64,000 nt of DNA from Camelus dromedarius (GCF_036321535.1 NC_087436.1:79362001-79426000), one strand, 5' to 3'. Numbered from the stretch's first letter, positions 1 through 13,362 are shown. The notes: generated from the letters alone by a model not told the origin. Numbers and translations: made by a program.

Positions 1-214
1 TGATGTCTCCTTTATAAAGTTGTATTTTTTCTGTAACTCTTGCTTTGCCCGCAAGACCCATGTAGGTTCAGACCATCACCAGCATGAATGGTAAAACATT
101 TCTTTATGTTTTCACTTGGGTCGTCCCTCAGTCTGCCTGGAGGTGGCGTAGGGTGCTCACTTGCAAATCTACTTCCCTCCTTGCTCTGGTCTCCTCTGGT
201 GTCCTCCAGATTCT

Positions 215-608
215 TTCTTTTTTCTTTTTTTTTTTTTTTTTTACTGAGGTGTAGTTGATTTACAATGTTGTGTTAGTTACTGATGTACAGCAAAGTGATT
301 CAGATATATATATATATATATCATGTATTTTGATTCTTTTCCATTATAGGTTATTACAAGGTATTGAATATAGTTCCCTGTGCTAGACAGTAGGGCCTTG
401 TTGTTTATCTATTTTATATACAGTAGTGTGTATCTGCTAATCCTAAACTCCTGGCTTATCCCTCCCTCCCTCCCACTTTGGTAACAGTAAGTTTGTTTTC
501 TATGTCTGTGAGTCTGCTTCTGTTTTGTAAATAAGTTCACTTGTATTTTTTTTTTAGATTCCACATAAAAGGATATCATATGATATTTCAGACTCCATTT
601 GGCTTCAC
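215..608 (-). mobile_element. L1 3' end fragment (cetartiodactyl type) with poly(T) tail
   Basis: Poly-T followed by 'tagttgatttacaatgttgtgttag...atagttccctgtgc'; the same sequence recurs at 27.1k, 48.7k and 61.0k. Confidence 0.8.
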
Positions 609-1699
609 TCCTAGCTTTGGGGGCTGGTGAAATCATTTGCCCTTTGCATCTGAGACAGGTAAGGTATATTTTTCTCATCATCCTGGAGGACAATGGATCC
701 TTACATCTTTCAGAGTTCTGACCAGTATGGAGGTTTGAAAGAGCTGTTCTATTGAATGGAAGAGGGAGTTGGTCAGAGAAATGTAGTCTGATTTCTGGGC
801 AGGGCTGAGCCCGTTTGAAGTTGGTAATCATGAATTTATGGTGGAAACCAGCAGCTCCATCGTGTGAATCTCCTCAGTAGGGACCAGAGGGATTTGAATT
901 CCTTTGTGAGGGGAGTGAAAACAAGTAGAGAGGAGAGGTGTACATCAGAGGAGAGATGGAGAAAGTGGAAGATATTAGCTTTGGACAAGAGAGAAAACAC
1001 TTCACCTTCTCAGAGGAGGGGGGAAGGAAAGGGAGTGTGTGAGTGTGTGTGTGGGGGGCAGGGGCGTGTGCAGGAATCCCTGCCTGCCGTGTCACAGTGC
1101 CCGCCCTCTGATTGGGGAGAGGAAATGGGAGGACACCCCTCCCACCCCTCTGCAACCAGGGTGGGGCCATGTTGTTCCAGGCTACCTCAACCTGATGCTC
1201 ATCTGGGGCTTTGAATCTGGAACCAGCCGTTGTTCATGGCAACTGCAGTGATGCTCTGTTGAGATGGCAGCAGTGTCGGGTGTCACGTGTCCCTCCCAAC
1301 TGTCATGGCTCGAAGATGGCTTCATGCACTTTCTTTTTTATTCCCTGGAACTGCCTTGGTTCTAGCTAATTTTCCAAGTCTAGTCCTCAGGCCTCAAGCC
1401 AATACTGTTTACCCCCACTGTCCTTCTGTCGTAATAGTCAGTGTCAGTTTCTGTCACCTGCAACCGAGAACACTATTGCTTGGGAGTGGGCTTTGGAACG
1501 AAGCACAAGTTTTCATCTCAGCCCTGGTACTAGCTTTGCAGCCTTAAGTAAAATACTTAAGCATTCTAAGCTCCAGTTTCTCTCATTTTGTGAAATAAGA
1601 ATATATACTTACAGAGTTGTTGGAATCAAATGAAACAGTAAGTATAAATTATCCTCAAAAATACCTGCATTTTGGTAACATCTTGATGAGGAACAGTTA

Positions 1700-1870
1700 T
1701 TCTTTTACAGTGTGCTTTTATGTGAATAATCTCATGTGACCTTCACACAAGACAGGGTAGAAATCTCCATTGTACAGATTAGGAAACTGAGGTTCAGAGA
1801 TGTAAGGTGACAACCTCGAGCTCACACAAGGAGTGAGTAAATCTGGGGTTTGAGCCCAGGTTTTCTGATG
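1700..1870. mobile_element. MIR SINE
   Basis: MIR core 'attgtacagattaggaaactgaggttcagaga...ggggtttgagcccagg'. Confidence 0.65.
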
Positions 1871-3115
1871 TGTCGTCGTTATCTAAGAGCCCCAGCTGCA
1901 GGCTTGTAGACAGAGAGGAGAGTTTCACTGGGTGTTCACGGAAACCTTTGGGGAAAGGTAATTTGGGGGCAGGAATTTGGAAACTACAACCAGTAAGTTG
2001 TGTTTCGATCCGATGATCATAGTGACGAGGAGGGAGTGGGGACTGTCTGGTGTACACCAGCTCAAAGGGGAAAGAGGCTCAAACAGAAAATACGAAGTAG
2101 TGCACAGAGAAGAGAATCAGCATCTTTATGGAGCCCAAGAATAAACAAGAGCACGGGATGGACTGACAGAATCAGGGATTTCAAAGAAGTCGAACAGGAA
2201 GAAGACTAAGAACGGGCCATTTTATGAAGCGCCAGAGAAGTCACTGATACCCAAAGACTCCACAGTGGTCCCCAGTCTACTCACTAGACTTACCTGTATC
2301 ATCAAAGCAACAAACATTTTAAAGCATTTGTTTCATTCACAAAAGTAGACATAAATACATAGAATAAGATCAGTGACTTCCTTCACTAAATATAATATAT
2401 TATGGTTTTCACTAATTACCAGTAATCTTTCAAATGGTAATGGTCCCAGAAATGGAAGAATATAAGAATAATAATTTCTTAAATCATCCCATTTGCTGAA
2501 TTTTAGTACATTTTTCTATTGATCTTTGGAAAAAATGAATAGCTTTTCTGATACATGTAAGTGCACAATTAAAACATTAAAAAAAATCCAGCAAGCCAGG
2601 TAATGTAAATCTATTTCCCAATATATAGGAATAGGAAGTATATGTTACCAGTGAGCAGTTTGGGGTCTTCTGTTTGCATGGTTGAGGAGTATAATGAGCT
2701 CTGTGCCTGTTAGCTTCACTCAGCTCTGAAGTTGTAAGTTCAGGCTGAGCACATCACTTGGAATTGACCTCGGAGGTCAATCAACAAGACAACATAATGG
2801 AAAAATACCTTATCTGGTGCTTTGCACAGTCTCCTCTGTATCTTCGGGTGATAATAATAACACTGTGTTCCCTTTATGACAATGAAAAAGATATTATTTG
2901 GAAAATATAATGTTATTCTATTTTCTTTTGCTAATTTTTTGAAAATCTATTTTCAAATCTATTTTAGTATAAAATATAAATTAATATGAATATATTTTTA
3001 TGAGAAAGTATTACTACCATGTTTCCACCATCAACATTTATGACCTTTGGTTTTGTTTAAGGCCAAAAGAGACCTTTTAAGGGTGTCTACTTTGACACCC
3101 TTAAAACAGACTCCA

Positions 3116-3218
3116 GGGCGGTGGGTACAGCTCGGTGGCAGGGTGCATGCTTAGCATGAACGAGTTCCTGGCTTTAATCCCCAGTACCTTCATTAAATAA
3201 ATAAACAAACAAACAAAT
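3116..3218 (+). mobile_element. tRNA-derived camelid SINE (Vic-1 type)
   Basis: A/B-box-like 'agctcggtggcagggtgcatgcttagcatg...cctggctttaatccccagtacc', A-rich tail, TSD agactccagg at 3108-3117 and 3219-3228. Confidence 0.8.
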
Positions 3219-4171
3219 AGACTCCAGGAAAGTCACCAGCAGCATAGCCTTTGAGACCAAACCCAACAAACAGAACGTCATTGTTTTCCTCAGTACAGTT
3301 CAAGCAGGCATCACTGCTAGGACAGGTGTCTGGCAGCATTTGGCTGTTGGCTTCAGCCCTATTCCTTCCAGCACCTCCAAAGGGCCCAGCTTTCAGGGCT
3401 GCGCAAAATGGGTTTTCTTATACTGTTCATCGTGCCACTTCTGTCCCCGTCAGTGGCTCAGAGCCTCCTGGTGGTGTGAGGACTGTGGCACGTACCCAGC
3501 CAGCCTCGCCCTACCGGCCGGAGCGAAAGAGAGAGGTGAATCTGGGGATAAGTATTATAAACACTCAAAAAGAATGGAGGAAAAGAAGAAAAGCCAAGGA
3601 AGGTTTAGTGTCCAAACATGGTCTTAGTGTGTGCGCCAGTTACTGACTGATTGCCGATCAAGCTCAAAATCCACTCTGTGATCAGCTCAGTGATGACAGG
3701 CTAGACCCTTGCATCACCTCCTTTGCAGAGAACACTTTGTTCGACTCTTTCACTAGAAGGCACCTCAGGGGGAAGGGGCTGCTCCTGGCTGTGGTTCTTC
3801 CCGATTATTTCCCCCAGATACACACGTCTGCCTACCCAGACAGAAGCAGTGCAGGACCACAGCAGGCTCCCTGGAGTGGAGCTGCCGCCTGAAAACATGA
3901 TGCGAGAGGATGGTCGTGTCCCAGGTCTCAAGCAAGTCCCAGGGGACGTGCCCCATCAAGTGAGGGTCCTTGGCTTCTTGCAGGAAAGAATTCAAGAGCG
4001 AGCCATAGTAAAGTGAAAACAGGTTTATTTAGAGAGATACACACTGGAAGTCAGATCTTCTGCCATTTGGGCTTAGTAGGTTCTAACCAGTTTGTTGTAT
4101 CCTCAATGGCTGTCATTCTTCTAATGGTGGCGCCCTTTTTCCTTCCTCCTGTCTCCGAGGTGGCCGGGATA

Positions 4172-4190
4172 TGTGTGTGTGTGTGTTGGG

Positions 4191-4225
<35 letters not shown>
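4172..4225. repeat. Interrupted (TG)n microsatellite
   Basis: Direct reading. Confidence 0.9.
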
Positions 4226-4226
<1 letters not shown>

Positions 4227-4234
4227 TCCAATCC

Positions 4235-4590
4235 CCTAGTTGCTGGGAGTGGGGGCTGATAACATCCCACACTTGCTGCCTTTGCTAGAGAATGGCCCTC
4301 GGCCACAGCGGTGCTGCCCTGGAGGCTCTCCCATGCTCTTGCCCGTCCCTGAGTTGTCCAGTGACTGACTGATGAATGATGGAACAAACAGCCTCAAAAG
4401 GACTAATTCTGTGTTGCAATCTGTGCTCCCAAGCTTCTCCGTGGGATTAGACCGAGCCGGGCTTCAGTGGAGACCACGTGCTTGCCTCATTCTATTCCCC
4501 TTTCCTGCCCTGTGTCTCTTGAGAGCTCTCCCCCAATAAAGCAATTGAACACCTCCAGTTCTGTTTCTGGAGAACCCACCCAAAGACCCA
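4235..4590 (+). mobile_element. LTR16-like (ERVL) solo LTR
   Basis: AATAAA, then 3' end 'ctgtttctggagaacccacccaaagac'; family assigned from memory. Confidence 0.55.
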
Positions 4591-4909
4591 CCCCCAAAGG
4601 GAGGTCAGCCTGAAACAATTCATAGCCCAGAAGATCTGAACAGGAGAGAGTTGCCCTGAGGGTAGAGTCATTCAAAGAGGAAACTGAGCCAAGGGACCTA
4701 GGACCCCAGCCCTGCTCCTTATCCCAGACTCAGCAATTGCAATTTACTCCTCCTTGGCTGGGGAAGAGTGAGTGAGGGGTGGAGAAGATCAGATAGTCAG
4801 GAGCGTTGGAATTTCAGAGCTCCCTCCTTCCATGCAAAGAGGAGACCCAGTATGGGAAAGAAGCATCACCACCAACGTCATCAAATGACTTTTTTAGATA
4901 TTGCACTAT

Positions 4910-5271
4910 TGTATTTGTTTCCCAGGGCTGTGGAACTCAGGGCCACAACTGTGTGGCTTAAACCAACAGAAATGTGTTCTCACATTTCTGGGGCTAGAAG
5001 TCTGAACTCAAGGAGTAACTGGGCCATCCTTGGCTTGAGGACGCATGACTCCCGTCTCTGCCTCCACCGTGACATTCTCGCCCTGTATCTTCACATCATC
5101 TTCTTATGAGGACATCAGTGACACAGGACGTAGGGCCCAGCCTCCTCCACTATCACCTCATCTTAACTAGTTACTTCTGCAACAGCTTATTTCCAGAGAA
5201 GGTCACATTGTGAGGTGCTGCGGTTAAGACTTCAGCACATCTTTTTAGAGGACACAGTTCAATCCATAACA
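4910..5271 (-). mobile_element. MLT1-type (ERVL-MaLR) solo LTR
   Basis: 'ggcttaaaccaacagaaatg...ggggctagaagtctgaa...gacacagttcaatccataaca'. Confidence 0.75.
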
Positions 5272-5754
5272 ACTGTATAGGTCAAGACACATGTGAGGGC
5301 CGGATTCAGCCAGAAGGCTGACAGCCAGCTGGCTGATGCAGATGTTCCTCCTCCGTGTTTCTCCAGCACCTGCCTCTACCTGTGTGCACAGTACCTGTCC
5401 CTAGCGCAGCACCTGTTTGTTCCTTGCACAGCAATCAGCACTCTGCTCTGACTTCCCCTTATGCTGCAGTGCCTTGAAGGCAGGAGCAACTTATTATCTG
5501 CATCCTCAGTGCCTGTATAAAACCTGCCACATAGGATTCAGTCACCAAATATTTGTTGAATAAAAGAAGAATGGTTCAAAGATCCTCTAATACAATTTCG
5601 CTCAGATGATTGGGTCCATGGTCTAACTTCTCTGAGCCTCTAGTTGACGCTTTGTAAAATGGGATTAATCAGAACCAACCTGTGGACCCAGCCCAGTGCC
5701 ATGATTCACAAAGTATTGGCATCCACCATGTTGTTGATTTTCCCTTCTTGAAGG

Positions 5755-6293
5755 TGTGGGGACCTGCTCAGAGCCCTGAGTTGGTCTAAAGAGTATTTTA
5801 AGCTGAAGACATTTGAGATTCAACAGATGCAGAGAAAAAGCCTTCTGGGAGCTCCCTTATCTGACCAAGAGCAGAAACTTCTGAGAAATGAGGCTGCCAT
5901 AAAGTCTCTTTGGGGTGGTTTCCACTCCCAGGAGAGAGACTAAGAGTAAATCTACCACACATCCCCTCTCCAGGGGTGTTTCATGACCATGAAGAGGACA
6001 GACAGGCCACTGTACCTGCCTAAACAAACATTATTACAAACTTTCTCATCTCACATTTATTCTCCTAAAAATCCATTTGTCTGTCCTAAAGAAATGCATT
6101 TATTCTTCCCATAGAAGCTGTTAGACATGTAAGCCTCCAATTTTAACCAGTTAACTAGCCATCTGCTTCTTTTCTTGGCTTCTGTGGGTATACCAGTAAA
6201 ACTTTTTCTCCTGTTACTCTTTGGTCAATTTAGTTCACAGGTCCCAGGCATTAAACATAAGTGAGGAGGGGGAAAAGTTTTTCCTTCCCTATA
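5755..6293 (+). mobile_element. MER34-like (ERV1) solo LTR
   Basis: 'tattttaagctgaagacatttgagattcaacagatgcag...aaaagtttttccttccctata'; family assigned from memory. Confidence 0.6.
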
Positions 6294-7179
6294 ATGGTTT
6301 TGGAAAAGAGAGCTATTTTTTTTCATTTGTGGCTGTGTGGCTTGACTTTGTACCAATGTAAACATCCCAGCACATTATCTTAACAAGGATGGGTGATTCT
6401 GCCCAAAAAAGGCTGATCATTAGTGCTGTCATCCGATTCTAGCAACTGCTGGAGCGCATGTGAACCCCAGATGTCCACAGTGACCCCTCTCTCTCTTCCA
6501 CAGGAGTAATGGGCAGCATATTCAGTTACATTATTAAAATGTAGATGTTTGCACAGGAAGAAGAAAAGAATACATACCGAAGTGTCAGCATGAGTTATTT
6601 CTGGAGGAGACCATTTATGAATTTCCTTATTTTGGTTTTTCTTTATTTCCTAAATTTTCAGCAGTGAATGTTAGTATTATAATGAAAAAAAAAAAAAAAA
6701 GCTCTTTTCTCCACAATAAATATTTAAAAAACAAAAGTAAGTAATTAAAAATAGAAGATAGGCCATGTCCTCGAGACCACTCTTGTGAGCTGGGGATTTT
6801 GTTGTTGTTGTTTTTTTTTATTTTTGTTCTACCTTCTATCCAGATTTGACATTGCTTTTAAGTATTTCTTGCACATTCAGCACTCCTTGTTCTTTGGATG
6901 GTTATGCAGGTAGCAGAAGGTAAAGCTGTTTCCTCTGGGATTTTGCAATCTATGCAGAGGTTCAACATTTGGTTTCCAAACCTGAAGCCAGAGTTCATTT
7001 TATTTCATTTTATTTTTCACAAAAGTACACAAGCTAATCACTAGAGCCCAGCTATGGGAATTATTTTTATTAAGTATAGCTCCTATTAGTAAAAGAAAGG
7101 AAAAATTTTGAAAGGAATAGAATGATTTCTTTGAAGGAATATGAAACAGCAAAACTTCCTTTTGGAACAAAGGAGATTT

Positions 7180-7368
7180 TTTAAAATAGATTTTATTCTT
7201 TTAGAGCAGTTTCAGGTTCACAGCAGAACTGAGCAGAAAGTTTGGAGAGTTGGCACATAGCCCTCCCCACTCACACATATATACTCCCCTACCCTCAACA
7301 TCCCTCATCAGTGTGGCATATTTGGTACAATCAATGAACCAACATGGGCACATTATTATCAACCAAAA
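7180..7368 (-). mobile_element. Old L1 (L1MB-like) 3' end
   Basis: 'tttagagcagtttcaggttcacagcagaactgagcagaaag'. Confidence 0.6.
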
Positions 7369-8204
7369 GTGATTTTTAAGATCACATACAAGTTATCTGA
7401 AAACAATATTATTGTTTATGATAATTTGGTTAAGGACAGGTTATAAGAACATTTAACCAACAGAGAACTTAATCGTGAAGTGAATCAAGATGAAAGGAAA
7501 GTAACAACAAATTGGTGTGAAATACCCTTATCAGAAAACCACGGAGCAATGTGTGTCTCTGACAGTTTGCCCTTTAACCACTCTCACCAACTGGCATTTG
7601 GTGGAGAAACAGAATTAAAAACAAAAGTCTCTTCACAACCCAGAAAACCTCTTTACAAAGAAGAAAAAGGAAACAATTGGATCAGTGAATAGCATAAAGT
7701 AGGATGTGGAGTGCATGTCAGTCTACCCGCTAAGAGGTGGTGGAGACAGGAAGCCACCTCATTACTCACAGCAGAGATGGTGCCGTCCCAGCGGCAGGTC
7801 GGCTTTGCAAGGTGCAGTCGGCGTTTGGGGGGCAGATGACCGCGAGGCCTGTCTCCTCCTGGGAAAGTGGGAGAGAGGATGCTGTCTTCCTTGACGAAAC
7901 ATTTCATAGAGATGGCTCCCAGGTCTTTGTGAGACCAGCAAGAAGCTTATTTAGCCATTTAAAAGATTTACATACGTTTGAAAGAGACAGAGAAAGAAAT
8001 TCTAAAATGGTGGTAGGGAGGGTCTTTCTGACAAGAATTAAGCCTCTTATTCACCCTCATACATACTGTGGGGTAATTACCAACTCACTTAATTTGTGTC
8101 AGATAATGAGCAAAAAAAAAAAAAAAAAAATTCAGCAAATGTCAAGTTTACAGTTTTCCCTTTTTGGCAAAACAGCAGAAACATACTCTTTTCTGACTGC
8201 CTAG

Positions 8205-8415
8205 ACCAGGATTTTTTGAGTGTGACTATTAACATTTTGGGGAACAGATAATTCTTCCTGGTGGGAACTGTGCTGTGCTCTGTAGGATGTTTAGCAGCAT
8301 CCCTGGTCTCTACCCACTAGATGCCAGTAGGACATCCCCCACATGTAACCGATGACAGCTAAAAACGTCCCGGGTGGCATGGGGACTGGAACCACCCGCT
8401 ACTGAAAAGTACTAG
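8205..8415. mobile_element. MER20 hAT-Charlie DNA transposon fossil
   Basis: 'tgtaggatgtttagcagcatccctggtctctacccactagatgccagtag'. Confidence 0.75.
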
Positions 8416-10032
8416 CCTAGACAAATTGTCAAGACACACAACCCAAACAGATAGTTGAGCCTCGACTGGTTGGGGATGTCCGTAAGCCTTCTGTTCTCAC
8501 TACATGAGCCTTGCCTGATGTAGTCTGCTGTCTGATGCATGTTGCAGTAATGTTTGCTGATGCATGGACAGAACACTGCCATTCTCAGATGAACTTAGAC
8601 CCAGTCCTCTAAGTGGAAGACATCTCTGTACCAGCCCAGCAGCCAGTCTCCTTTTTTTTTCCTTCTAAATTTAATAACAACATTTTGATTATCGTTCTCA
8701 GTCAGGCCAGGGAGGGGGGTTATGACCCAAACCATTGTAGCATTAGGAGTTGTCTTGTAGGCCTTGGATATGTTCGATCGCTCATCCTTCTAGCTGCCAT
8801 GAAAAGCATGAAAGAGGAATTCTTTTTTGGTTGGTTTTACTTAGCTGTGAGGATAAGCCTGACGAATGGAAGCAATTGTGGGGGGAGGGGAGGGAAGCAG
8901 AATTAAGATAAAAAGAGACAGGTTTTTTCTGGGGAAGAAAATTTGAGTCCTGAATCTAGCCATGCCTGAAGCCATCTTCTGAGTTCTTTGTTTATGTCAG
9001 TCGTCCAAGCCATGTTTGGGAATTCAGCAAGCAAGTGGCACACAGCACTTGCACACTCTCCATGCTTTCCTTTTTCCCCCAAATGGATCAGGGAGATGGT
9101 CTTAACATCCTCTTCTAATCTCCCTCAGCACTGAGCTTCTACCTCTGCTCTTAAGATCCACCCCTTAATCATTTTGTTATAGTTATTTACGAGGATGCCT
9201 TCTCTCTGCTACTAAGCTACATGTTTCCTAAGGATCGGATCCTGTCAGACTCACCTTTACATCCTCTGCTGTGCACAGGTGACCCTCAATAGAAAGTGTA
9301 AGTTGTGTAAAGCAACTTCAGCAGGTACCAAACTCTGTGATTGACATGTTTCCTAAATTGATACCCTTCTAGTTTCCACAGTAGGATAAGAGGAAGATTT
9401 TCAGCAGTGTTCAGATTCTGGAAGCTGGCCCCAATATTTCCCTTTAGCCCTCTGGACTCCATCTTTCTTCTCTGTGTTTTTCCTTACTCATGGCTATGGA
9501 CACACACCATGGCCAGACAGCTTAGTTGTTACTTCCTTTGCCAGCCAGTCCATGCTTCTTGAGTTCTTACTGTCCTTAAAACATTGATTCCTGTTCTTGC
9601 AAAGAGTTTAAGGATGGCTGACAGTGGAAAGGCCCTGCAGGTGGTGAGGAGAGCCATGCTGTGACTCTGTTTTATCAGAGAGGGTGCAGTTTGGAAAACA
9701 GAGCCCATCCCAAACAGTTCAGTTGAGGGAATATGATGTAGACAACTAATACAAAAGTGTGGAAAAGTCAAATGACACAGAGGCAAGCCATATAGAGCAA
9801 CAATGGAAAGCTGCTATTGCCTGCAGGGCTAGAGAGATCCAGGAAGGAGGTGGTCCCTGGGGGAAGGCAGGAGTCCAGGAGCCAGGACCTCCACCTTCTG
9901 TGGGAACTAACCGCACAGGAGGCCGCCCGAGGAGCTGAGGCCACAGAGGAACCATCTCGCAGAAGCTGGAAAGTTGAAGGAGACAGAGCCAGATGCGCTG
10001 CCCTATCTTCTGCCAGTGCCTCTCATTGGCTG

Positions 10033-10330
10033 GTTGGAAAGGAAAAACTTTTCCTCTACCCTCTTAGGTTCAGTACCTGAAGGACTGCGAATGTGACTGA
10101 CAAAAGAGAAAAGACAGAGTTTATTTGCATATACTTGGGAGGGCTCAGCAATGGGTAACTCAAAAGGGTGGTTAGAATTTGTATCTCAACTAGTAAAAGA
10201 AAGGGAGGGCGGAGAAAAGACTTTTATGGGAAGAACAAATAGGTTTCTTTAAGAAAGAGAAAAGGGTTTTTAGCAGAATGAAGAGGAGATTAGAAAGTTT
10301 GTGAGAATGTCTTGGAATCATTGGAACCAT
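10033..10330 (-). mobile_element. ERV1 LTR fragment (MER34/MER39-like 3' end)
   Basis: 'ggaaaaacttttcctctaccctcttaggttc' is the reverse complement of the LTR end type seen at ~6.27 kb. Confidence 0.55.
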
Positions 10331-12324
10331 TTCCCTACAATTTGAGCAGAGACCAGCCAGGGCACCTGTTTCCAAGAGCGGAATTCAACTTTCTTATTCA
10401 ACAGAGATCACTGAAGTTCACTGTGGAAGAGGGGAACTCTGGGATGGGACGCCTGGTCTTAGCCCGTCTAGCCGTCTGTATCGGATAGAGGAATCCAGCT
10501 GACTACTATGGATGAGTGGGACCACTAGCCATTAAGAATTAGTAACACACCAATTACACATTTGGACTAAATAATGGGAAGAACTCCTTCTCTGCTGAAT
10601 TGACAAGAAGTTTCGGCAGCACCTGCTGGAATATGCTCATTCCGAAGGAGAAGATAAAAAGGTCACCTCACAAGTCAGCCTCCACCTAAAATACACGCTG
10701 CGTTAGTAACAGGAGGACAGATGCAGCCCCTGTGAGCTTGTTCTACACGTGGTACCTCTGAGTGAGGCATCACAGTGTCCTCACCACTTCCTGCTGTGGA
10801 CTCTTGGCCTTCTTCTGTGCCTGTCTCAAGGACTTTGAGCCTCTCCTGCAAGAACTCATGTTCCTCCAGCCCAATATCTTGGCAAAGGTGAGCCTTTTTG
10901 GCAGCAGGGCTGTAAATGATAGTAGGTGCTGGAGTAAATCGAGGAAGCCAGGGCACAGGGGAAGGCAGTGCCCAATTACTGACAGCTGTTAGAGCCTCGT
11001 TTCTCTGCATTTTAGTTTCCCCAGCAGAATGGCACAGACGCTGCCATCGTTAATACTTAATTTTGATTTAGAGTGTCTGCACGGGCTGGAACAACTAAAG
11101 TGCAGCCTGTTGACTATAAAAGTGGAAGCCCCCTCGAGGTCATTCTGGACTGCATCAGCTCGGGCCCAAGTGATGGATGAACGCAACTTTCTAAGGTCGT
11201 TCCAGTTTCTGAAGGCTTCCTCTTCCTGCAGGAGTCTTGAAAGGTGAACTTCAGAGCTATATGAAGAGCTGGACTAATTCATGCAAAACTCCCTTCCTAC
11301 TCCCCTGTGACCATGCTGAGAAAAAACCCAAGAACAAATATTAAAGACCAAGACCTTGGTTTCACAATACAGATGGAAGGAAACCAAACATCAATCTTAG
11401 TGAAAGCCTGCTTTAAAGTGAGCCAAATGCATCTATTTACCTCTCCCCTCCCCCCAAAAGTATACAGTGTTGTATGTCAATTACATCTCAATAACATTGG
11501 AACTAAAAAAAGAAAAGAATGACTTGAAAAAAAAGAATGATTTAAAAAAAAACCCTAAAAAAAACATGTTGATTATATATTAAGTTCTTAAATGTATTTT
11601 GAATGTTTTTATTCTACACTCTTTTCTCACTAATCTGCATTTCTCTTCTTCTCTAGAGCTGAACTGTTTCAATTTCTTTCCACTTTAATATCTTTTAGGA
11701 CACATCTCCCATCATTACCCTTGGTACAGCCTTTCGACTGAACTGACCTGGAGAGACACTGACTGGGGGCGAGGGAGATGGTCCTGGGCTGCAGATACAG
11801 GCATTCTAGTTTCTGTAAAAGTACCCCACTAACATGCTATCTCTAATCTTAAATTAATACATTAAATTGGGATTATTGATCAGCCTCTTATAAATTGGTT
11901 AGGAAGAATCAGGGCTCTCTTACAGCCTTATTCACTTGGGGAAACTAATAAAACCTGGGTTTCCGGATTTTAAAGCACTGAAGACTGGACCATGGACCTC
12001 GGAAGCATACTTCAGTGGCTGCACACAAGCAGCCAGCAGGTGGGCCAGCTGCTCTTTTACAGTCTTTTTAGCTGTAACAAATGGAATCTGTGCAGTGCAG
12101 CCCGGGAGTCCACCAGGACATCAGGATGCTGTACTGCGCCTCATGTGAAGGGGTGAGGTGTCATGCTGGGGACAGAAATGCCAGGTGAAAGGAATACTCG
12201 CAAGAGACAAAACGGACAAATTCTACCAAGACAATACTGTATCATGGTTAAGAGCACAGACTTTAGATTGAGATTGCCTGGGTCTAAATCCCTGCTCTGC
12301 AAATTACTTTAATTTTTTCAGCAC

Positions 12325-12530
12325 CATTTTTTCCAACAGCATTTGCTCACTTTGTGTCTTGGTGTCACATTTTGGTAATTCTCATAATATAATATATTAC
12401 AGTAGAGTGTAAACATAACTTTATATGTACTGGGAAACCAAAAAAATTAATGTGACTCACTTTCTTGCAATAATCACTTTTTTGTGGTATTCTGGAACTG
12501 AACCCACAATATCTCTGAGGTGTGACTGTA
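12325..12530 (+). mobile_element. Tigger1 3' end fragment
   Basis: 'tgggaaaccaaaaaaattaatgtgactcact...aatatctctgaggtgtgactgta' ending in TIR plus TA. Confidence 0.7.
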
Positions 12531-13362
12531 TTATACATGGTCTAAAATGTTAAGGCACAAAGAACTTAGACAATAGATCTATTTGAAAAGTTTCTCTCAG
12601 ACAGGTAAGGAAAACTGACTAAATCAGTTCAGTACTTATAAATATTGCTAGTTATAACCTTCTAGTTTAACCAGTCATCTACATTTGAGCTGTGGATCTG
12701 AAAATGGAGTGGGGAGAGGCAATATTTAAGTTGTGTTTAAAGAGAATCTTTAAATTGTTAATTTGAGTAGTATTCACTTTTCACAGAGGTTCTTACTTTC
12801 TGCAGTAAACTGTGGTAGGTGCCATGTGGCATATAAAGATGATAACAAAGGTCTTGGCCCTCCAGGAGACTTCAAACCAGTAGCATTAAAAAAGGCAGGG
12901 GCGTTAAGTGAGAGGCTCACAATACTTAAGAGGGAAAGAACCCATGTACTGGGCGGAGATGAGGTTGAACTTGGACAATTTCATAGAGGAGACAGTATTT
13001 GAGAATTTTTAGTTGACACTTAAAGGATACAGTACATTTTAAAGATAATTTTCCATGCACTGGGAATAGCCGAAGGCAGTTAGGAAATGGAGGGTTTGGA
13101 AATCAGAGAATTCTGAGATTTCAAGTAGTCCGGCTTGAGGAAAGAAATGGGTAAGAGAATAATGAAGAAAGATCTGGCCACAAGGGCTGGGGATGTGTCA
13201 AAAGAGCTGGATTTCACTTTGTGGCGGACACCAGATTTCTGAGCAGAGAAATAAGGTGCAATTATTTATGCAATTATGGTTGAGAGGTATATTCACACAT
13301 CATTCATAGGTCTTAATATATAATTAAAATGTATTTTTTTCATTTATAAATTAGAGAGAATC

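Noticed and set aside
1..3000. HPSE first exon or promoter expected by synteny
   Set aside because: No heparanase coding sequence or CpG island recognised; presumably outside the window
409..13002. Many 60-155 aa ORFs in the intergenic region
   Set aside because: No recognisable homology or exon structure; several overlap L1, LTR or microsatellite sequence
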